Below, piece after piece: positions 1 through 12,895 of a stretch of 64,000 nucleotides of DNA. The notes beneath the pieces are model-generated. The model was not told the origin of the DNA, did not search any database, and saw only the letters and a list, made by a program, of their open reading frames with translations. The DNA is from Octopus vulgaris (taxonomy: Eukaryota). Numbering within the stretch: the first letter of the stretch is position 1; every line of letters begins with the position of its first letter. The stretch spans positions 110,174,001 through 110,238,000 of the forward strand of contig OX597816.1 of NCBI GenBank assembly GCA_951406725.2, written 5' to 3'. A program made the translations under genes and the position numbers.

Positions 1-273
1 CATGCACACGCAGGTTATATGACCAAACACAAACACAGACAAACATATAATTACACATTAAAACACGCACTTGTACTGTATGTGGGTACAGATATCAGAC
101 ATATACAGATATAAGATATATACACATGCGTGGGCACAACTCTATGAGGCATACTAAAATAAATACGCATATGTATATACATGTAGGTATACATGTTCAC
201 ACAATGAAACACACACCTGCTCATACACATATACACAAATGAACAAATCTAATATATGTATACAGATACAATT

Positions 274-278
274 ATCTA

Positions 279-344
<66 letters not shown>

Positions 345-368
345 ACTATCTATCTATCTATCTATCTA
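274..368. repeat. (TCTA)n microsatellite
   Basis: Read directly; similar arrays at about 5178-5284, 24128-24207 and 61245-61292. Confidence 0.95.
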
Positions 369-409
369 CGCACGCGCACACACTCACTCAGACACATATA
401 TAAATGAAA

Positions 410-720
410 GAGCCAAGAATCAAGACGTAGGAAGAAAGTCAGATTCAACCAATCCGTAATAAACATAAAAAAAACAACTTTCAAGATGAATGATGGCTTA
501 TTGAGGCGGAAGGCTGTGGATTTTTTTGTATCGAAATACGATGAACTAAAAAGAAAATGATAGGCAACAAGGATTGCCGGATATACGAATAAGAATACAA
601 GAATTAAGGAACGGGTTAGTTAAGATCCGGGCTACATATGTCTTATAGCGATCAGAACCTCAGAAGTAGAAAGTATCCAAGCGAGGTGTATACTGCAAGC
701 TAATCCTTAGGCGAAGGGCA
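410..720 (+). repeat. Dispersed ~300-bp repeat, copy 1
   Basis: Colinear with 54968-55275 (aatccgtaat, tgtggattttt, agaatacaaga, taagatccgggctacatatg, tatccaag). Confidence 0.85.
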
Positions 721-2585
721 TCTTGATATATATATATATAAAACTTACTATTAATAAAAGCCAGGGTGTTTTACGTTCTGGTATTTAAAACGAAACGCAA
801 CGCATCGTGGCTTTTATAAACAGTAACTTGTTTTCTATATCCGTGTCATCTATTTCTAGCCTTTCCTCTTTCTCTTTTTTCTCCCTTCGTCTCATTCCTT
901 TGTGTGTGTTTCTCTTTCTCTCTTGCCTGTCTTACTTCCATTTCTAGCCTTTCTGCTTTCCCTTTGTCTTCCTCTTCATCCTTTCCCCGTTTCTTTTGTC
1001 ACTCTCTTTCAACCGTTTCTCCTCTGCTTGTTGCTTACAGGTAACCCGTGGCCAGCGTTTCTTTGTTTCTCGCCTCTTTTACACTGGTGGCGTAGCTGAC
1101 GGGTCCTAAATTCCTTGTGTCCCACTGGTACACGTTTTGCATTTTCTCACCTTTCTAATCCTTTAGGATTAACTTCTAATCGTTATTCACCATACGTGTC
1201 TTTCTGGCCCAGGCGCTGTATTCTGCTCGTTTCTTATATGTTTCGTCATTTTACTTCACCCATCGTCTTAGATTACATTTATTCACTTTCGTATGTCCAG
1301 TTCTGCATCGCTTTTTATCCATGTACCATTTCCTCTCGGTCCTATATTCTCCGCACTTTTGTGGACACTGCCATCATGGGACACATTTCAGTTTTATCAT
1401 TAATGGCGCAAAACTGAGTAATACCAGTGCTTCATAACTGATGCAGAATTAGAGATCTTCTATGTGTGTCTTTTGCCTGTTTGTGCACTCAATATACGTC
1501 AAAGAGAGAGTAAGGGAGAGAAAGATGGTGTTACTTCGCATGCGACCTTGTGATATACAGCTATTAAAGTGAGAACGATTTTGATTCTTTAAAAATATAT
1601 ATTTTCGCACTTAAAATGAACAATAAAGAATGATGAAGCAAATTATTATTATATTTTTTTATCGATATCTCAATTGCATGCACGTTTAAGTGAATTAATC
1701 TTCGTCAGCGCAACTTCGAAGATAATTGCGTATTTACCATTACTGTAGACATATATTGTAGCGTTCATTTCGAAATTGTCTTATTAATAGTAGCAGTACA
1801 GCTATATCAATTAAATCAGATTTGGGTGGAACTGAAGAAAACTTTAGAGAGTATATAGAAACTCGTAGTTTCGTTTTTGTTTTTATTCTTAGCTAAAAGT
1901 CATACTAGATCTTCATTGTATGAGATGTATCTAATTACACTGGAAGACTTATTTTCATTTTAGATATTTGCACGACTGAGTATACTAGATTATGTCGTTA
2001 AAATATGTTTTCACTCTATATACTCATGCCCTGAAGAGCAACACGTTATGAAAATAATTTATTTATGCACTACAACAAAATGAAAAAAAATAATATAATT
2101 CTTCTTTAAGTGTTAGTGATCAAAATGGAACCGACATCATTTTACCGAATGTAATGCTGGAATCTATGCACTGGAAATATGTATGCAATGGATACGAAAT
2201 TAGATTACATACTGTGAATGCAATATAGATTAAGTTTGCGATAATAGTGTTTCTTAATTCGTCTTCTTTTACTGAAGTATAACAAACGTAACTATGAAGG
2301 AAAATTACTGCAACTCAATAGCAAAACTAAAAACATAAACATTAAAACTAAAAACATAAATTTTTAAAAAACCTAAACGTATTAAACATAAGTATATCAA
2401 TATCAGTCTGTCTCATATTTATGTATTCTAGAATAAACTCCGACAGATTCATAGAACAAATGAGGAAACTGTCTTGTAAAATCTAAGCAATAATAGTATT
2501 GCCTCTGAAAACAAACTTTAACCAGCAGCATGGAAAACAATGTGCACTTCTGAGTAAATCTATGCATATATGTGTGTACATATAT

Positions 2586-2587
<2 letters not shown>

Positions 2588-2659
<72 letters not shown>

Positions 2660-3124
2660 ACAAATTTATGCGTCACTTGCGTGCATGTATATAAATAAAT
2701 ATATATGTACCTGTGTGTATATTTGCATATATATACAAGCACACACACACACACGCATATATGTATGTATATATTTATGCATTTATGTATGTAAGTATAT
2801 GCATGTGTGTGTCTGTATGTGGCTGTGTTGTATGTGTACGCGTTTACACTTCAACTTTATTTTAGAAACTCCGAGGAAGCTAGAGAGTGACGCACAAACA
2901 CTCAGTGCTGAATACTGTATGACAGAGCTGGCTGTAAGCTAATGAAGATTACGTATTACCCGTTCCTGCCCATGTCATATATTTGATCACCCCCCCAACC
3001 AACCCACACGCACAAACACACTCAAACCCCCCCCCATACACACTCACACACACACACACACATATATATATATGTGTATATATGTATACATACATATTTA
3101 CATATGTGTACGTATATATATACA

Positions 3125-3178
<54 letters not shown>

Positions 3179-3231
3179 CATACATATATACATTTGTGTA
3201 TGTATATATACATATATGTATATATATATAT
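2588..3231. repeat. Compound (CA)n/(TA)n microsatellite region
   Basis: Read directly; similar compound arrays at about 10186-10470, 13196-13310, 17258-17405, 40777-40905, 49447-49620, 52879-53000 and 61483-61746. Confidence 0.95.
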
Positions 3232-3409
3232 AGATAAGAAAGTTTGTTTGGTAAAGCACGTGGGTGAATATATAAGAAAATAGTAAAGTGTGAAAAAACG
3301 ACAGAAGGCTTAAATGTTAAAAAATATATATATTTATGTCAAAATGTCTGGAGAATATTGGAAAAATTTTTTTTTCTTTCCTTAAAATGACATAATTTTA
3401 AAATTTTTA

Positions 3410-3449
3410 AAGAAATTACCGGTTTCGCGTGTAGCTTTTCAAATTTCTT
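3410..3449 (-). ncRNA. Minimal type-I hammerhead ribozyme motif, U3-A8 core variant
   Basis: Minus strand: aagaaat-TTGAAAA-gctacacgc-GAAA-ccgg-TA-atttctt, with 7-bp stem I, 2-bp stem II, palindromic stem III ACCGGT and a GUA site. Confidence 0.65.
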
Positions 3450-3909
3450 GTGACGTTATGTTTATATTGCATGGAGTTATCGTTGTATTTATTTTCAGGA
3501 GATTTCTAAATAAGGGGAGGTAGTGAGTGATTTCTTCCGGTGTAAGGGAGATAATCGCTTAAATTTTTTTTCCTTTTCCCTTGTTCATTTCTCTGTGTCA
3601 GTATGTTCGGATGGTTTTTCCCTTTCCCTTGTTAATTTATCTGTGTCAGTATGTTCGGATGGTTGAGTCTGGGTTTGTACTTTTCAATGAAGAATGTTTC
3701 CTTGTTCAGTCTCATTTGTGTTGATGATCCGAAAGCACATTGGTAAAATGGGAAGATTAAAAATTGTGGCAGTAGTTGCTTTGCGCATTTCTCAATGTGC
3801 TCACTAAAAGGTATCATTCCCATTTTACCAATGTGCTTTCGGATCATCAACACAAATGAGACTGAACAAGTCTCAACGATAACTCCATGCAATATAAACA
3901 TAACGTCAC

Positions 3910-3949
3910 AAGAAATTTGAAAAGCTACACGCGAAACCGGTAATTTCTT
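3910..3949 (+). ncRNA. Minimal type-I hammerhead ribozyme motif, U3-A8 core variant
   Basis: aagaaat-TTGAAAA-gctacacgc-GAAA-ccgg-TA-atttctt, the inverted copy of 3410-3449. Confidence 0.65.
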
Positions 3950-4081
3950 TAAAAATTTTAAAATTATGTCATTTTAAGGAAAGGAAAAAAATTTTTCCAA
4001 TATTCTCCAGACATTTTGACACAAATATATATATTTTTTAACATTTAAGCCTTCTGTCGTTTTTTCACACTTTACTATTTT

Positions 4082-4116
<35 letters not shown>

Positions 4117-4322
4117 GCATATGTATATATGTACTTATATGTATGTATATATATGGATGCAGCTATACGCACATACCTATACATACTGCTGTTTGGCTGG
4201 AGATATGAATGTCAAATATTCGTTTGTGTGTTCAAGTTCATAAGTGAACGTCAATTCGCAAGCTAACAATCGCGCTAACACACATAGACGGGCACACGCA
4301 CATGCGCAGAAACTCCCCCCCC

Positions 4323-4386
<64 letters not shown>

Positions 4387-4887
4387 ATATATATAAACAC
4401 GTATGGCATGTTTGAGTGAATGTGCATTACTGGTAGCTCTCACAAATATTTCTAGGCTTCTGAATTGCATTCATCATTAGATAACATTATTATCTTCTTT
4501 GATCAGAAAGGCAAACATCATTTTCTCATTACCTCACGAGAATTCCCCGCAAGCAAATAAACAGTGGTTGGTTCCGAATCAAACCGACAGACAGGTGTTT
4601 TACTAAGATAACAATACTATCATGAATGTTTGACATGAACTTTCACTTTCCTCATTCATTATCTATATTTGCCGTAACAATATCTCATAGTTGTCCGAAG
4701 AATGCCACGCTTCTGTCTGGTGATTAACAAGGGAAATCAGGCGCAACGTGTACATGTGCGTTTTCACATAAAACTGAACAAATAGGCAAGTATATGTATA
4801 TATGATTTCAAACAAATGTATGCGTTGTGTAGATTGTCTTACGAGGCATATACATTTGAATATACTTTTATGTGCCTGCGTGTGCGT

Positions 4888-4932
<45 letters not shown>

Positions 4933-5176
4933 GTACGTATGTATGTATGTATCTATGTATGTATGTGTGTATGTATGATTTTGATCATTATCCTCTTTTG
5001 GATACTACACGTAAGTCCCGAATGAATTGGGAAAGGAGATAAAAAGAGAAGGGAACACGGAAAAACAGACGCGTAACATTGAAATGTTCGAATTCTGACT
5101 AACCAGAAGTCACATATAATTATAGTATAAATGCTAGACCTGCTACAGTGTGTGCTCTTATGCCTTAGATTGCATG

Positions 5177-5285
<109 letters not shown>

Positions 5286-5446
5286 CTCTCTCTATATATA
5301 TATATATATATACCCCAGGTAAAATTTAGATTCAGATGAATATGGTACTTAAGTTAAAGGCACCAGAATTTAGTATAGCATTATCCATATAATTCAAAAT
5401 GGGGTGATTATAATAAAAATAAGCAACAAGGATATCCAGAGGTAAT

Positions 5447-5531
5447 GCAGTACGATCGTTTCATGCGACTCCATTTAATTGAACAATGCAAACATTACAT
5501 CAATTTGAAATGTAGAGCAATCTTCAGCTGC
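5447..5531 (-). ncRNA. Type-I hammerhead ribozyme motif with a canonical core
   Basis: Minus strand: gcag-CTGAAGA-ttgc...(long imperfect stem II)...gcat-GAAA-cgatcg-TA-ctgc. Palindromic stem III ACGATCGT, GUA site. It lies in a segment starting right after (TA)n at about 5313. Confidence 0.65.
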
Positions 5532-5757
5532 GTAGAAATATAAAATTTAGTTAATTCGAAGGATTCATTTGTATAGTTTTTGTTTTGATCCAAAATCATA
5601 AAGATGATAAGTAGACAGACAAAGAACATGTTTTATCAACAACATCACAGTTGTAACTGGGATTTTTTCAAAAGAAGACACTGCTTATCATTGATTATAT
5701 TTGTTATTCAGATTTACTAGTGGGTAAAAGTGCTCATTTTACAGCCTTCTAAACACA

Positions 5758-5820
<63 letters not shown>

Positions 5821-7311
5821 GTTATTCGCGCGTGTTGTTTGAATATGTGTGAATGAGTGACTAAAGACGGAGAATGAATTCAAAGTTCATATTTGTAAGG
5901 TTTCAAATATTGATTTATTTTCAAAATGGTAACTTAACCTTGGATGTCGACTTTAAAGTATTTTCAAAATATGTGTCTTTTTTCTTGCACTCTTTAACAT
6001 TACTATCTGAAGCCTATAACGACATGGCTTCTGACTTTGGACATGGACCAATTCTGTAATTAGAAAGAAATGAATGTTCATCCTCTTTGAAGCTATTCCG
6101 TAATTGCAAGCTGGTCAGGAGATGAAATGAAATATGACCTCAATATCGTGTGTTTTATTGCTGCCGATGTGGGCAAATCATGGCAAATATCACAAAGAAA
6201 AGCACTTTGAAATTTTTTTGATGAAATCTGTGGAGGAGAAACACTACCCATACACTTATAAAGTTTCCATTCTTTTTCTAACTTGCGATTTAGTGGGGTT
6301 CGTGGTGAAGTGAAAATTAATTCTCCCACTCAATATGGAAACCAATTATCATGTACTAAAGTAATCTGAACCATATTATGTATTATGTATTATATTATGT
6401 ATTCGATGACAAAATATTTTGAATGTATCCTCAAAATATCTGGCATTTTCTGTTACATCTGGAGTTACTACCCGTTTTCTATTTGATTTGAGTTTATTAT
6501 AGACATTGTTTAAATTTTAGCTACATCTAAGCTGCGTTTTGGGTTACATAATGTATTTGTAATCTCAATACAACATTTTCTAGTAGCAATCTTGCAAACG
6601 TATGTCCCTTGTGTAAATGTACTGGTATATTTTTCCCCACAAGATATTTAAAAATCAACTTGAATGGATGAGACTTCCTGATTATTGGTTTTGGTACATC
6701 GTTAGTGTCTTATACACTAGTCCAATTTCTGTTTTAGGTAAATAGATCTAGTTACTGCATATGCACATGTGTACGGAATTAATGTTTTTATTTATCCCAA
6801 GATGATACCTGAGGGAGAAGAATCATTACAGAAAGCATTTCATCCATGATGACTTCTCAATTGTAGAGTCCTGCTTTCGTCATTGAAGGAGAAGAATGTA
6901 GGAAATGCAATAGGCTCCCGACACGATTGTGTTGTTTATTATCATCATAAAAACTTACGCAATGATCGCTCAAATACAGCTTTCATAAATATGGCGAAAT
7001 TTATGAAATTGTATGGAAAACGCCTAGTAAGAGAAGTATGAAAAGAAAGCTAAGATAAGCGGAATAAAAGAAGAATGAAAGCATTGAAACGAAAAGTTAT
7101 ACATTTTTCTCTACGTTCATATCTATCTATCTATATATATATATATGTCTATCTATCTACCAGTCAATCTATCTATTTGTTTATCTATCTACCAGTCTGT
7201 CTCTCTGTATGCCTATCTGTCTATATGTCTATCTATCTATCTAACTATCTATCTATGCAAATAAACGAAACAGATTCATGCAACGGTTTAATTACATATA
7301 AGTTGATTTCT

Positions 7312-7835
7312 AGATAAAGGGGTAGTCCCTTTTTCTGTCATCAGTATAACATCACCCAATCAATGCATATAAATACGAACAAAATACATACCCATGAAAG
7401 AGAACAGCTCCACAGCGCAAACACACTGTTCCTACACACATTGGTTTCGTTGATTTCGACCCCGTGTTAATAACCATATAATTCAGCAGTTAATGATTTT
7501 GGTTTCAGTGAGATTATATATTTTAAATTTATTTTAAAATTGAGGGTAAAATCTATATTAGATTTTATCAGGTAATTAGCATGCAGTCAACCGGTTAAAG
7601 TTAAATTAATCGATTTATAAATGTGTATTAAGGGCAAGCGAGTACGTATACAAGTCGCTAGAAAAAGATGCCAATGTCTAAAATCTACCTTAAGATATCA
7701 CCATAAATTATAAATATGCGCCGTCTCGTGCAAATAAACGAAACAGATTCATGAAACGGTTCAGTTACATATCATTATTTGCATTGATTGGATTATGTTA
7801 CAGTGATGATAGAAAAAGGGATTACCCCTTAATCT
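7312..7835. mobile_element. MITE-like element with ~58-bp imperfect terminal inverted repeats
   Basis: agataaaggggtagtccctttttctgtcatcagtataacatcacccaatcaatgca (7312 onward) matches the reverse complement of tgcattgattggattatgttacagtgatgatagaaaaagggattacccttaatct (to 7835). Confidence 0.65.
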
Positions 7836-8284
7836 TGAAATCAATTGAACCTTTTCAGGAAACTAGTTCATATATTTTGATATTTAACATTTACTTTATT
7901 TTGGGGGTGGAATATTGATTTTTTTTCCCGCTAATGCCAACTGGCAATGTAGCTCGATCACCCAAGATATACGAGTTGCATTCTAGAAATTGTTTCACTG
8001 ATTTAGGAGAGAAAGTTACAACTGACTTAGATACATGTAATTATAGTACATCGTTACTGTACACCTAATAAACAGACGTGCCAGTTTTTCTTTAATTCCA
8101 AATTGAAGGGGACATCAGTTACAGCACTTTGAATACACTTTATTATGCTAAACACTGCCTGAATTGTTTTCAGAATGCAGTGAGGTCGTTCGGAGGCTCA
8201 CTATGCGTTAGCCCATTCTAATGTACTGCGCATAAACGCTACAGAAAATTAAGAAACGCTCGAGACTTCTTATGGATTAAATTT

Positions 8285-8720
8285 CTCTCTGGCGCATGAG
8301 GTTCAAGGACTGTAGAGAAGAGATGAGAGATGACGTGAGGTGAGAGAGAGAGAGCAGATGACAGAACATCAAAACTGGTCGAGCAAATTCACAATCTTCT
8401 GAATGATGACCAAACTGTGTCTTTGATGTCGATAAACATACATTTCTGAGTTGGTGCGGCAACTGCACACAAAATCTTTGATGAAGGGCTGAACTTGTAC
8501 AAAACTTATTCTCAGGGGGCTTAGTGACGAACACTCTGGAAACCAACTACTTGACAGAGATGAGCATTAAAACTGTTCCTCACTACACTTAAAGTCGAGA
8601 TGTGACTCCCGTGACTTTTGGTTGTATTCTTAGGTGAAGTAGAAACTCATAGTCAACTGTTTTGAAGATGAAGGAGATGAGTATCTTCACTTTGAATGAG
8701 TTTCATGGGGCCAACACGAA
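8285..8720 (+). mobile_element. Decayed mariner transposase remnant
   Basis: EMSIKTVPHYT*SRDVT(P)-DFWL corresponds to HPPYSPDLAPCDFWL. It shares DNA blocks (gtgacttttggttgt, atggggcc) with the 42.0-42.5 kb copy. Confidence 0.55.
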
Positions 8721-9319
8721 GTAAGGGGAAACCTACATCAAATGTATTGCAGTCAGAAAAGCATATATTGACAAAACGTAGAGCCATTTACTTGTTTGAA
8801 ATTGATAGATGCATCTCCTAAAGAATTTTGGAAAGGACTGGGATGCATCTTCTAAATGTACATGTGTTTGCGTGTGTAGACGTACAGATGCACTGGCGTG
8901 TTCGTTATGTGTATATATGTATTTCATCTCTAAATAGAGAATGATTGGCAAGGAATCTAAAACTCTACTGCTTTGGGAATGAAATTTCTTCTGATATATT
9001 TTCTTCGTTGCTATTTGATATGGAATACGTCAGAAATGCTGTGATGACTCTTTGGCGTATGGGAAATGTGTAATCACAGATTCAGCCGTTCAACAAACTG
9101 TAAGATAATTTAAATAAAATCATAAATGAAATGTCATTCCTTATGTTGTCTTATATTCGAATGTGCAGATGAAAGCGAAATTGGCAATCCCATGTGAGTT
9201 ACAGCAAGTTTCAGGATCAAGAAATGATAAAGTTGTGTACGACATGAGAATAAGATCGACTGCAGTACTAAAGTGTTGTTGAATTTATCTACCCACAAAT
9301 AATAATTATTTGTATTACA

Positions 9320-9805
9320 GACAGGCACAAGGCTCGACGTTTTGGGTTGGTTAGAGCTAGTCAACCCCAGTGTTCAACTAGTCCTTGTTTTATCGACGTC
9401 TGTGCTGAATTGGCACTTGTTCTATCAACTCCAGTGCTTCAATGGCATTTGGCTTATCGAGTCCGAATGGATGAAAGTATAAGCCGACCTCGGGGAAAAT
9501 TTGGCCTCTGAACGTAAAGCTGGAAAAACACTGCTACGTATCTTGTTATGCGCGCTAACAATTCTGCTAGCTCGCCATTTTCCACCCAGAAAGCATCCTT
9601 TCTATCATAGGCACAAGGACCGAAATTTTGTGGGAGGGGTCTACTCGGTTACAATGATCTCAATTCTCAATCGGCATTTCTGCAGTCGTTCCCGAAATGA
9701 ATCAATGCTAGGCAGACCTCGGTTGAATTTAAAGTCAACTCAAAACAGAAACAAATGCCGCTAAGCAGTTATCAAGCGTGGTAACGTTTCTGCCATGTCG
9801 CCGTC
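9320..9805 (-). mobile_element. Two adjacent older SINE copies (about 9320-9577 and 9593-9805)
   Basis: Both show ggcacaagg tails and attctgctagctcgcc / tttctgccatgtcgccg heads. The second is flanked by a 13-bp TSD TTCCACCCAGAAA (9580-9592 and 9806-9818). The first has a ~30-bp internal triplication at about 9360-9460. Confidence 0.8.
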
Positions 9806-10253
9806 TTCCACCCAGAAATAATAAAAAGTACAAACCATTAACTTCTTTCAAATATGAATGGATGGAGTTAAAGCATATATAGGAAAACGCTCTATCCAAT
9901 GTATTTTTTTTCTTACTTAGTCAACCATTTGCCTTATGCATGAAGTAATTCCCATTCATGTTCTTTGGATGTTGCCTGTTTACAATGATTAAGATTGAGG
10001 ATGCAAAATTGTGTGTATATATCAACACTACTACATTTGCTTGTGTTTCTGTCTGCTGGGTTGGGGTCTCTCTCTCTAAGTTCGCTTATCCACTTCAGTA
10101 AAACAAGATTTTTCTCTCAGAGAATTATTAAATATGCTTGCATACGCACACGAACCTCAACTTACACACACGGTCAAAGCGCATATACACACACACACAC
10201 ACACACACATATACAGAAATATAAATCTATATACATACATATGTATATTTGCA

Positions 10254-10305
<52 letters not shown>

Positions 10306-10323
10306 CACATACACACACACACA

Positions 10324-10363
<40 letters not shown>

Positions 10364-11689
10364 CACACTTACATATAACATGTACATATATGCATATATA
10401 TACACACCATACATATTTATGCACAACTTGCATACATACACACACACGCATTTATATATGTATGTGTGTATGTACGTTTGAGACTAGCTGTCAACAGACA
10501 TCGTCACAAAGTCTGCTTCTAGTAAATGGATTTTACCAATAAACAACAATTAGATGAAATTACTGAACATTCCTGCAACTTTGGAGAATTCACAATTCAT
10601 TGACAAATATCATTTGTTCTTGTTCATGTTGCTATTTTCGGCTGCATTATAAATATTATTCCCGTTGTTACTACTATATGGTTGTTATTGCTTTTGTTGC
10701 TGAGCTTAAATATAATTGTTGTCATATTTATTTTGTTGCTGACGGTGTTATTGCTTTCACTTCGAATCCCGTCTCTATTTCTCATTATACATTTTCTTTT
10801 GTTATTGTATTGTTATATTTAATTTTCGTGGATTTTTATTTCTGTTGCTATTGCTCCTATTAATATTACTTCCAATAATATATCTGTGATTCTTTTCCTC
10901 CGTCCTGTTGTGGTGCATCGTTCTTCTTAATTCGCTTTTGTACATTTTCATTTTTGTTGCCTACTGTCATTAACATAATTACTTATTCCTGAAGAAGAAT
11001 CAACAGCAGCAGCCTCCATAGAACTGGTAGCTGTCGATGATGTTGTTGGTGGTGATGATGTTGTGAACTTTGCATAAGTAGACGAAAGGGAGTGATGTAT
11101 TGCAGAAGAAAAAATGTAATGCATTAGATGATTTAGAATCTCATGGAACAGAATAATCTATGGCCTGGTTGTGAGATATTCAGTGTAGTATTATCGATTT
11201 AGTGAAATAAAGAAGTTATTCATGTTTATCTATATCCTTTTGCATTCATGTTGACAGTAAATCCTCTGTGAAGTCGCTTAACTACAATAAATAACAACCA
11301 ACGATGGCCGCAACATTTACAGTTCTTTCTTTTAAGAAAGAAGCACTGAAGTGTAACGAAGATAAGGTAGTCCATGATAGAACATAGATTATACTAAGTT
11401 TTAGTATGGCTTAAATCCATAGGATTTAGCTGACACTACATTTGTAAATGAAATATATTAGATACTTCAGATGAGCGTTAACATTCCTTATATTCATGTA
11501 ACATGAACGTGGACATTAAAAGAGTGTTTTAATACCTTATGTCTTGAAATTAATACAGTTTCATCGGTAACTCTTTATCCCACTATCCATTGACTGTTTC
11601 GGATTTATAGTCACGGTCAGTGTTATTAGGTGCTTAACTAGAGTATTTTTCATCTACCTTATCATATGTGATGGTATCAATAAATTACC

Positions 11690-12055
11690 GGACTAGTTCC
11701 GTAGCTCACCCGCAGATGGCAGCACAAAATTGCATGCGCGGTGAGAGCTAGCAGTGACTTTCATGAAGCTCTGTGCCAGTTGACACTGCTGCGTTTACTT
11801 CAGAAGTTGTGAAATTTGTGTCTTTACTAACACGTATCTGCTGTAGTCTGTAATTTTTGTCATGTACAGGAAACTGGAACAAGTAACTAACGTGACATTT
11901 TGCGTTAAGTCTGTCACAGAGACATTGAGGATACTTCGACAAGTTTACGTCGACAAGGCATATAGGTCGTACGTAATAGTTCAAGTGGTAAGGGCGCTTC
12001 AAAACCGGAAGAATATCTCTGGAAGGCTATGAGCGCCATGGAAGACCTGCCACGA
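11690..12055 (+). mobile_element. Decayed mariner 5' fragment
   Basis: About 11985-12050 reads W*GRFKTGRISLEGYERHGRPA, matching the mariner WxxRFxxGxxSLEDxxRxGRP motif. Confidence 0.6.
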
Positions 12056-12334
12056 GGGAATATACTTCACCTCGCTCTTTAGAATAAATATAACGACCAA
12101 CTATAAGGAGCAACTAATCTGATTCTCTTTATTCAAACTGTTACACAAGTGGAACATGCTAAAGTTCGCATGATCTTTGCCAGAATTAGTGTATTGGTCA
12201 TGGAAAGAAAATACCAAACAATAATTTATTATTAGTCTTCACACTTCATAATGTTCCTAATTAAGCTAGCATAGAATTTATTGCTGGTTTAAAGTTTAAA
12301 GATAGGTTTTTCGTGATATATACGACACAAAATA

Positions 12335-12595
12335 TCAGGTTATCCTATAAGTTCTGTCCGATTTTACCTTTTTAAAAATTGGATGAAATTTAATAGCATT
12401 TTAAATGTCTAATGGAATTAAAAATTATTTTTATACATTTGTGTACATTGAAGCTAATTAAATATTATTTTACAGAATAATAGAATTAAAATTTCTTTCA
12501 TTAAAACCCTTTCTAACATGGAAGTATCCAAAGAACGTTTCAGGCGCATAATGCTTTATGAGTACAAAAAAAAATGCTGCAGCCGAAGAGACTCG

Positions 12596-12690
<95 letters not shown>

Positions 12691-12895
12691 TTATGGGAAA
12701 GAAAGCTTGAATGAAAAAAACTTGCAGAAGATGGTTTGCAAAATTCAGAAGTGGAGATTTCAGCTTGTAAATAGAAGGAAAGAAGTTATAGATAATCAAG
12801 GAAAGTACATTGATGATTCAATTTCAATTAAGTATTACGTTTGATCACTTGTTTTCTGTGTTCAAAATTCGCAGAAAACTTATGGGATGACCTGA
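12335..12895 (+). mobile_element. Internally deleted mariner element with both TIRs and TA target duplication
   Basis: TA|TCAGGTTATCCTATAAGTTCTGTCCGATTTT ... AAAATTCGCAGAAAACTTATGGGATGACCTGA|TA. Retains the transposase N-terminus MEVSKERFRRIMLYEYKK (12518) and a C-terminal VIDNQGKYIDD, interrupted by (CA)n at about 12598-12688. Confidence 0.88.

Larger units (their letters stand above)
3232..4090 (-). mobile_element. Penelope-like element 3' fragment with an inverted pseudo-LTR copy
   Basis: ORF 3632..3901(-) ends ...SEHIEKC...FLIFPFYQC...RLNKETFFIEKYKPRLN, a GIY-YIG endonuclease C-terminus. Near-perfect inverted arms at about 3268-3485 and 3874-4089, each containing a hammerhead motif; both ends are flanked by (TA)n. 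Confidence 0.8.

Noticed and set aside
1848-2060. CTGAAGA...GAAA pairs at about 1852 and 2031
   Set aside because: No stem I or stem II pairing; expected by chance in AT-rich DNA.
2403-3283. Many 60-150 aa ORFs rich in YI/HT/CV, poly-Tyr, poly-Arg or poly-Asp, here and throughout the window
   Set aside because: They are translations of di-, tri- and tetranucleotide microsatellites, not genes.
5960-6340. Coding-looking segment with ORF 6093..6329 (-)
   Set aside because: No recognisable domain, stops in all frames across the segment, and no consistent splice-site pair.
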